Made by a program: the position numbers and the translations under genes. The notes beneath the pieces are model-generated. The model saw nothing but the letters and a program-made list of their open reading frames with translations. It ran no database searches and was not told where the DNA came from. From Candidatus Kuenenia stuttgartensis (GTDB lineage: Bacteria > Planctomycetota > Planctomycetia > Pirellulales > UBA1268), in the NCBI GenBank assembly GCA_945883745.1, contig CAMCYH010000002.1:1508-65507 (forward strand): a stretch of DNA of 64,000 nt, written 5' to 3'. This document shows positions 59,420 to 64,000 of this stretch, piece by piece (positions within the stretch are counted from its first letter, which is position 1; the number at the start of each line of letters is the position of its first letter).

Positions 59420-60472
59420 ATGCATATCGTGGTGATCATGCCCCGCTGGGTGGGTGACATCGTCATGGCGACGCCAATGCTGCGTGGCCTGCGGCGGCAC
59501 GTCGCCGGTCGCGGGCGGATCACCGGCGTGCTGCGGCCGCTGGCCGTCGACCTCCTTGCCGGGTCTGAATGGTTCGACGATACGATCCTCTACGACCGCC
59601 GCAGCCGTGATGCGACCCTGCGGTTTTCGGCAGTTGTTCGGCGACTGCGAGCCGATCAGGCCGATGTGGCGATCATCGTTCCCAATTCGCTGTCGAGCGC
59701 GGCGCTTGCCGTCGCGGGAGGGGCCCGGCGACGAATCGGCATGGCCATGCACTGGCGGCGCTGGCTCCTCACCGATCCCGTACTACCTCCCAGAAAGCAT
59801 GGGCGGATCGAACCGTTCTCGTCGGCAGCGTATCCCGTTCGCTTGGCCGAGCATCTGGGGATGCCACCCGAGCCGTTACGGCTGGAGCTGGCTATTTCTC
59901 GCGATGACGAGAGCCTCGGCGACGCGGTGCTCGCCCGGTTGTTCCCCAGCCCTCTCCCGCAGGGGCCGCTTTTCGTGCTCAACGATGGGGCGGCGTTCGG
60001 GCCGGCGAAGCAGTGGGGTGTGGAAAAGGTTGTCGCGTTGGCCCGCCTGCTCCTTGATCGCGTGCCAAACGCGCGGGTCTTGATGCACTGTGGGCCGGGG
60101 GACCGCGACGAGGCTCGGGCCGTGGTCGAGGCAGCCGCTCACCCGGCTGTGCAGAGCCTTGCGGGCGAGGCCCAACTCCCGTTCGGCCTGTCGAAGGCAG
60201 TCATCAGCCGGGCGGCTGTGATGGTCACGACGGACAGCGGTCCGCGGCACATCGCTGCGGCATTCCAGCGGCCGACCGTGGTGCTGCACGGCCCGATGGA
60301 TCCCCGGCTCAGTCGCGCCGTCCATGACCACCTCGTGGAGATGCGGCTTGAGCTGCCCTGCTCCCCGTGCGGCCGGCAGATCTGCCCGCTCGAGCATCAC
60401 GATTGCATGCGGCTGCTTTCCGTGGAGGATGTGGGGGCTGCTGTTTTGAAACTCCTGGAGTCGACCCGATGA
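59420..60472 (+). CDS. Glycosyltransferase family 9 (heptosyltransferase-like)
   Basis: MHIVVIMPRWVGDIVMATPMLRGLR N-terminus, plus the C-terminal TTDSGPRHIAAAF motif and CSPCGRQICP. Alternative starts at 59396 and 59387. Confidence 0.85.
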   Translation: MHIVVIMPRWVGDIVMATPMLRGLRRHVAGRGRITGVLRPLAVDLLAGSEWFDDTILYDRRSRDATLRFSAVVRRLRADQADVAIIVPNSLSSAALAVAGGARRRIGMAMHWRRWLLTDPVLPPRKHGRIEPFSSAAYPVRLAEHLGMPPEPLRLELAISRDDESLGDAVLARLFPSPLPQGPLFVLNDGAAFGPAKQWGVEKVVALARLLLDRVPNARVLMHCGPGDRDEARAVVEAAAHPAVQSLAGEAQLPFGLSKAVISRAAVMVTTDSGPRHIAAAFQRPTVVLHGPMDPRLSRAVHDHLVEMRLELPCSPCGRQICPLEHHDCMRLLSVEDVGAAVLKLLESTR

Positions 60473-61506
60473 TGCAGATGCTCGGAATGCTGGCCGCGAT
60501 CGCCTTGACGGCGCTTTGTTGGGGGCTCTACGGCCCAGTGCTCCACTTCGGCCGCGAGGCCATGCAGTCGGCCCTGCGCCCCTTCGTGTGCGTGGGAGTC
60601 GCCTACTTCCTGATCGCCGTGCTGATTCCGCTGGCGCTCCTACGGCGTGGCGAGCGTGGTGGCTGGACTACGAAGGGAGTCATCTGGAGCCTCCTCGCCG
60701 GCACCGCCGGAGCGCTCGGGGCGCTCGGCGTGATCCTCGCCTTGCGATTCGGTGGCAAGCCGATCTACGTGATGCCGCTGGTGTTCGGCGGTGCGCCTGT
60801 CGTCAACACGCTGCTTACGGCGTTCATGAACCGGGCCTTCAACCAGCTGAAGGCGCCCTTCCTCGCCGGTCTGATCCTGGTGGTCACCGGCGCTGTAACG
60901 GTACTTGTCTTCAAACCGCAGCCTCAGCCACATGCCGAACCCGTCGCGGTGGTGGCGGGGGCCGATGTCGCGGACGTGACCGTCGTCGCCGAACCGAAGC
61001 CTGCGACCGTCGGCACGGCCGCAGCCGGAGCGGAGCGATTCGTCGAGGTGCTGCTCTCGGTCGCGCTGGCGATGTTTTCCTGGGGCGCGTACGGGCCGGT
61101 TCTCCACCGTGGGCAGGCGGCGATGGGGGGCAGTCGCCTACGGCCGCTCATCTGCATCGGAGCCGCCTACTTTCTGATCGCCGTCGTTGTACCGCTGGCG
61201 TTGCTCGTGCCGCTGGGCGACACCGGCACCTGGGCCGTGCGGGGCAGCATGATGAGCATGGCTGCCGGAGCGCTCGGGGCCGTCGGAGCGCTCGGTACGA
61301 TTCTTGCTTTCACCTGCGGCGGCAAGCCATTCACCGTGATGCCGGTGGTGTTTGGCTGCGCTCCTGTGATCAACACGCTCGCCACGCTCGCTTTCGCCCA
61401 CACGCCCCCGAGCGCGGTGAGCCCCTGGTTTCTCGCCGGCATGCTCATCGTGGCCGTCGGTGCCGCGACCGTGCTCGTCTTCGGCCCACGCGGCCACGCC
61501 AAGTAG
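60469..61506 (+). CDS. Internally duplicated 10-TM (5+5) DMT-like membrane transporter
   Basis: Two homologous halves (LCWGLYGPVLHFGREAM...AYFLIAVLIPLALL and MFSWGAYGPVLHRGQAAM...AYFLIAVVVPLALL) are joined by a Pro/Ala/Val linker. Its ATG overlaps the GT9 TGA. Confidence 0.7.
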   Translation: MMQMLGMLAAIALTALCWGLYGPVLHFGREAMQSALRPFVCVGVAYFLIAVLIPLALLRRGERGGWTTKGVIWSLLAGTAGALGALGVILALRFGGKPIYVMPLVFGGAPVVNTLLTAFMNRAFNQLKAPFLAGLILVVTGAVTVLVFKPQPQPHAEPVAVVAGADVADVTVVAEPKPATVGTAAAGAERFVEVLLSVALAMFSWGAYGPVLHRGQAAMGGSRLRPLICIGAAYFLIAVVVPLALLVPLGDTGTWAVRGSMMSMAAGALGAVGALGTILAFTCGGKPFTVMPVVFGCAPVINTLATLAFAHTPPSAVSPWFLAGMLIVAVGAATVLVFGPRGHAK

Positions 61507-61514
61507 GTCCGCTT

Positions 61515-62219
61515 TCATGTGCCGCGCCGGTGCCCGAACCAGTCGACATGGTGGCGGTGAGCGAGGCGGTAACCGCGGCTTTCGCAGGCGGCGGAGAGCC
61601 ACGCGGTGGTGCGGGATAGGTCGTCGGCGGTAACCCCCTGCGGCATCATGAAGACGGCTCCGCCGGCCACCCGCCCGCCGAGACTCGAGATCCACCCGTC
61701 CGCCTCGTCGAGGTCATCCGGAGAGTCGATCACAAACTTCAACTGCCACGGTCCGTCGCTCATCAGCGCCTCGAGCACGTCATCACGACGGCGGGCCGAT
61801 GCGTGCCGGGCGGCCCAGCCGGCCGGCGTGTCGGCCGGAGGGCCGGAGGAGGCGAGCTTTGGACTGATCGACATGAGGTCGGCGATCGGCGCGACTCCCG
61901 GGGGTGCGGTGAGCACCGTGCCAGCGGTTTCGATCGTCACGTGGTGCCCCCGCCGTCGCAGTTCGCGGCACAGGTTCAGCGTCTCGCCGAAGAGGAGAGG
62001 CTCACCGCCGGTGACCACAACATGCCGCCGACCGAGGCAGTCGACGGCGGCGACGATGTCGTCCACATCCATGGAGTCGCCGGTCGGCTGCCACGATGTG
62101 AAGGGCGTGTCGCACCAATGGCAGCGCAGGTTGCAGCCGCTTGTCCGCACGAACACGCTGGGCGTGCCGGCGAGGAGTCCTTCTCCTTGGAGTGACTGGT
62201 AGATCTCGGCGATCTGCAT
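61515..62219 (-). CDS. queE: 7-carboxy-7-deazaguanine synthase (radical SAM)
   Basis: [38 protein letters not shown] carries the CX3CX2C cluster motif in the QueE context. Confidence 0.9.
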   Translation of the reverse strand: MQIAEIYQSLQGEGLLAGTPSVFVRTSGCNLRCHWCDTPFTSWQPTGDSMDVDDIVAAVDCLGRRHVVVTGGEPLLFGETLNLCRELRRRGHHVTIETAGTVLTAPPGVAPIADLMSISPKLASSGPPADTPAGWAARHASARRRDDVLEALMSDGPWQLKFVIDSPDDLDEADGWISSLGGRVAGGAVFMMPQGVTADDLSRTTAWLSAACESRGYRLAHRHHVDWFGHRRGT

Positions 62220-62230
62220 GCGGAACGTTG

Positions 62231-62935
62231 TCAGCCGGAAGTGAGTCGGGGATCGGCCGCACCCGCGGCGGCGAAACCTGCCGCCCGGAGGCGGCACGAA
62301 TCGCACTGACCGCAGGGGTGACCGACGGGAGTGGGATCGTAGCAACTGGAGGTGGAGCCGTAGTCCACATCCAGTGCCAGACCGAGGCGGATGATCTCCT
62401 CCTTCGTCAGCGCCACCAGCGGGGCGAGAATCTCAAGCGGCCGGCCCTCCACTCCCGCCTTCGTAGCGAGTGTCGCGACCGCTCGAAAGGCATCGAGATA
62501 CTCCGGCCGGCAGTCTGGGTAGCCGCTGTAGTCAACGGCGTTGATCCCCAGCACGATCGCCTCGGCCTGCCGGGTCTCGGCCATCGCGAGGGCGAGCGAC
62601 AGAAAGATCGTGTTGCGGGCCGGCACGTATGTCGATGGGATACCAGTCGCCATGGCGTCGATCGCTCGTCCCTTGGGCACGGGGATCCCGGTGTCGGTGA
62701 GGGCGCTACCGCCAAACACCGACAGATCGATTGGCAGGACGACATGGTCCGTGATTCCGAGGTTCGCCGCGGTGCGCCGGGCACAGTCGAGTTCCACGCG
62801 ATGCCGCTGTCCGTAGTCGAGGGAGAGCGCCGCGAGCCGATAGCCCTCCCGCCGTGCCCAGGCGGCGGCAGTGGCCGAATCGAGCCCGCCGGAGAGCAGC
62901 ACCACGGCTGCCGCTTTCGATCCGAGGCGATTCAT
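62231..62935 (-). CDS. queC: 7-cyano-7-deazaguanine synthase
   Basis: [16 protein letters not shown] (SGGxDS PP-loop), TYVPARN, and the C-terminal Zn Cys cluster (SCY...CGQCDSC). AAGGA SD. Confidence 0.92.
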   Translation of the reverse strand: MNRLGSKAAAVVLLSGGLDSATAAAWARREGYRLAALSLDYGQRHRVELDCARRTAANLGITDHVVLPIDLSVFGGSALTDTGIPVPKGRAIDAMATGIPSTYVPARNTIFLSLALAMAETRQAEAIVLGINAVDYSGYPDCRPEYLDAFRAVATLATKAGVEGRPLEILAPLVALTKEEIIRLGLALDVDYGSTSSCYDPTPVGHPCGQCDSCRLRAAGFAAAGAADPRLTSG

Positions 62936-62950
62936 GGCACACTTTCCTTC

Positions 62951-63334
62951 ATGACACACTCCGCTCCATCGCGTGATACGCTCGAAACCTTTGCCAACCA
63001 GTTCCCCGGACGTGACTACACGATCGAAATCGTCTGTCCGGAATTCACGTCGGTCTGCCCCAAGACGGGCCAGCCCGATTTCGGCACGCTCACCTTCCGC
63101 TACATCCCGGAGGGAAAGTGCGTCGAGCTCAAAAGCCTCAAATTGTACCTCCAGGCTTTTCGTAACGAAGGCATCTTTTACGAAAACGTCACCAATCGCA
63201 TCCTCGACGATCTGGTCGCCCTGCTCCAACCCCGACAGATGACGCTCGTGGCCCAGTTCACGCCCCGTGGCGGGATCTCATCGCGGATCGTCGTGTCTCA
63301 TCCGTCGGGGCACCACCTGCCGTCTGCCACCTGA
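62951..63334 (+). CDS. queF: NADPH-dependent 7-cyano-7-deazaguanine reductase (unimodular type)
   Basis: [16 protein letters not shown] (catalytic Cys), the [10 protein letters not shown] QueF motif, and FTPRGGIS. Confidence 0.92.
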   Translation: MTHSAPSRDTLETFANQFPGRDYTIEIVCPEFTSVCPKTGQPDFGTLTFRYIPEGKCVELKSLKLYLQAFRNEGIFYENVTNRILDDLVALLQPRQMTLVAQFTPRGGISSRIVVSHPSGHHLPSAT

Positions 63335-63389
63335 GACGTCGCCGGCAGCGGCTCCGTCCCCGAATCACTTGCTCCCGGAGAATCGTTCC

Positions 63390-64000
63390 ATGGCCCAGGC
63401 ATCGCGTGTCCTGCTTTCCGCCCTCGCCGATGAGGCCGCCTTCGACCTTTCCGCCGTCGAGCAGTTTGCGGCGCTGGCGGCGATCGGCCTGGAGTACTAC
63501 AGCATCCGGCACATCGACGTCGGCAAGGGCGTGAAGAACGTGATGAAGCTCACGCTCGGCGAGATCCAGAAAATTCGTCACCTCGAGGATCGTTACGGTC
63601 TGAATGTCGCTTCGATCGCTTCACCGATCGGCAAGGTGAAACTCGTCGACAAGGCCGACGGCACGAAAAACGCCTACGTCCCGTTCAAGCAGTATCTCGC
63701 CAAGGACGTGGCTCGTGCCTGCGAACTGGCCCATGCGTTCGAAACGAAACTGATCCGTGGGTTTTCCTTCTATCACCCGCGGGGCGAGCACGCGGAGGAC
63801 CATCTGGAGCAGGCTGTCGACCAGATCGGCCGGATCGCCGAGGCCTGCCATCGTTCCGACCTGACCTTTGGGCTCGAGGTCGAGGCCAACCTCGTCGGGC
63901 AGACGGGGAAGTTGCTCGCGGAGATTCACCGGCGAGTGAACCATCCTGCGTTGGTGCTCGTGTTCGATGCCGCCAATCTCATCGTGCAAGGATTTTCCAC
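63390..64000 (+). CDS. Xylose-isomerase-like TIM-barrel (sugar phosphate isomerase/epimerase family) protein, 3'-truncated by window edge
   Basis: Not in the supplied ORF track because no stop codon is reached. ATG at 63390 lies 9 nt after GGAG. The translation MAQASRVLLSAL...IRGFSFY...TFGLEVEANLVGQTG...VFDAANL stays open to the window end. The family call is from general resemblance only. Confidence 0.65.
   Translation, partial: MAQASRVLLSALADEAAFDLSAVEQFAALAAIGLEYYSIRHIDVGKGVKNVMKLTLGEIQKIRHLEDRYGLNVASIASPIGKVKLVDKADGTKNAYVPFKQYLAKDVARACELAHAFETKLIRGFSFYHPRGEHAEDHLEQAVDQIGRIAEACHRSDLTFGLEVEANLVGQTGKLLAEIHRRVNHPALVLVFDAANLIVQGFS

Overview
GC-rich, gene-dense window with about 60 supportable CDS and 4 tRNA genes. 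There is no rRNA, no CRISPR array, and no transposase, integrase or phage gene. All calls come from reading the ORF translations and the DNA by eye; no similarity search, HMM or RNA-folding run was possible. The content is mostly core housekeeping: a 5'-truncated dnaE2, purC, dispersed shikimate genes (aroC, a fused aroD-aroE, aroK), rpsO-pnp, mutL and hisH-hisA. It also holds cysE, a complete F1Fo ATP synthase operon (atpZ-I-B-E-F-H-A-G-D-C), uvrB, nadC, rpsU, typA, rpsR and queC-queE/queF. Several features suggest a Planctomycetota-like organism (inference only). These are a free-standing tRNA-Ile/tRNA-Ala pair with no rRNA nearby, an RRM glycine-rich RNA-binding protein, and squalene-cyclase-like repeat proteins. 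Others are giant FtsX permeases, BON/OmpA-like envelope proteins, and many FHA, PP2C and sigma-54 regulators. I see no clear mobile or defence island. The best candidates for poorly understood biology are: (1) an Anbu proteasome-like peptidase divergent from a circularly permuted ATP-grasp / alpha-E / transglutaminase operon (32.5-36.9 kb). (2) An ExbB-ExbD pair followed by a TonB-like anchor and acidic/Pro-rich linker fused to an alpha/alpha-toroid repeat domain (49.2-52.1 kb). (3) An ATP synthase whose a and b subunits carry His-rich inserts and whose b and c subunits carry signal-peptide-like N-termini. (4) A ~131-nt nested inverted-repeat element between cysE and atpC. (5) A tightly coupled thioesterase / ABC / 1096-aa permease / GT9 / duplicated 10-TM transporter operon. 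Gene starts were chosen by codon counting from the ORF track plus Shine-Dalgarno inspection, so several are uncertain by a few codons.
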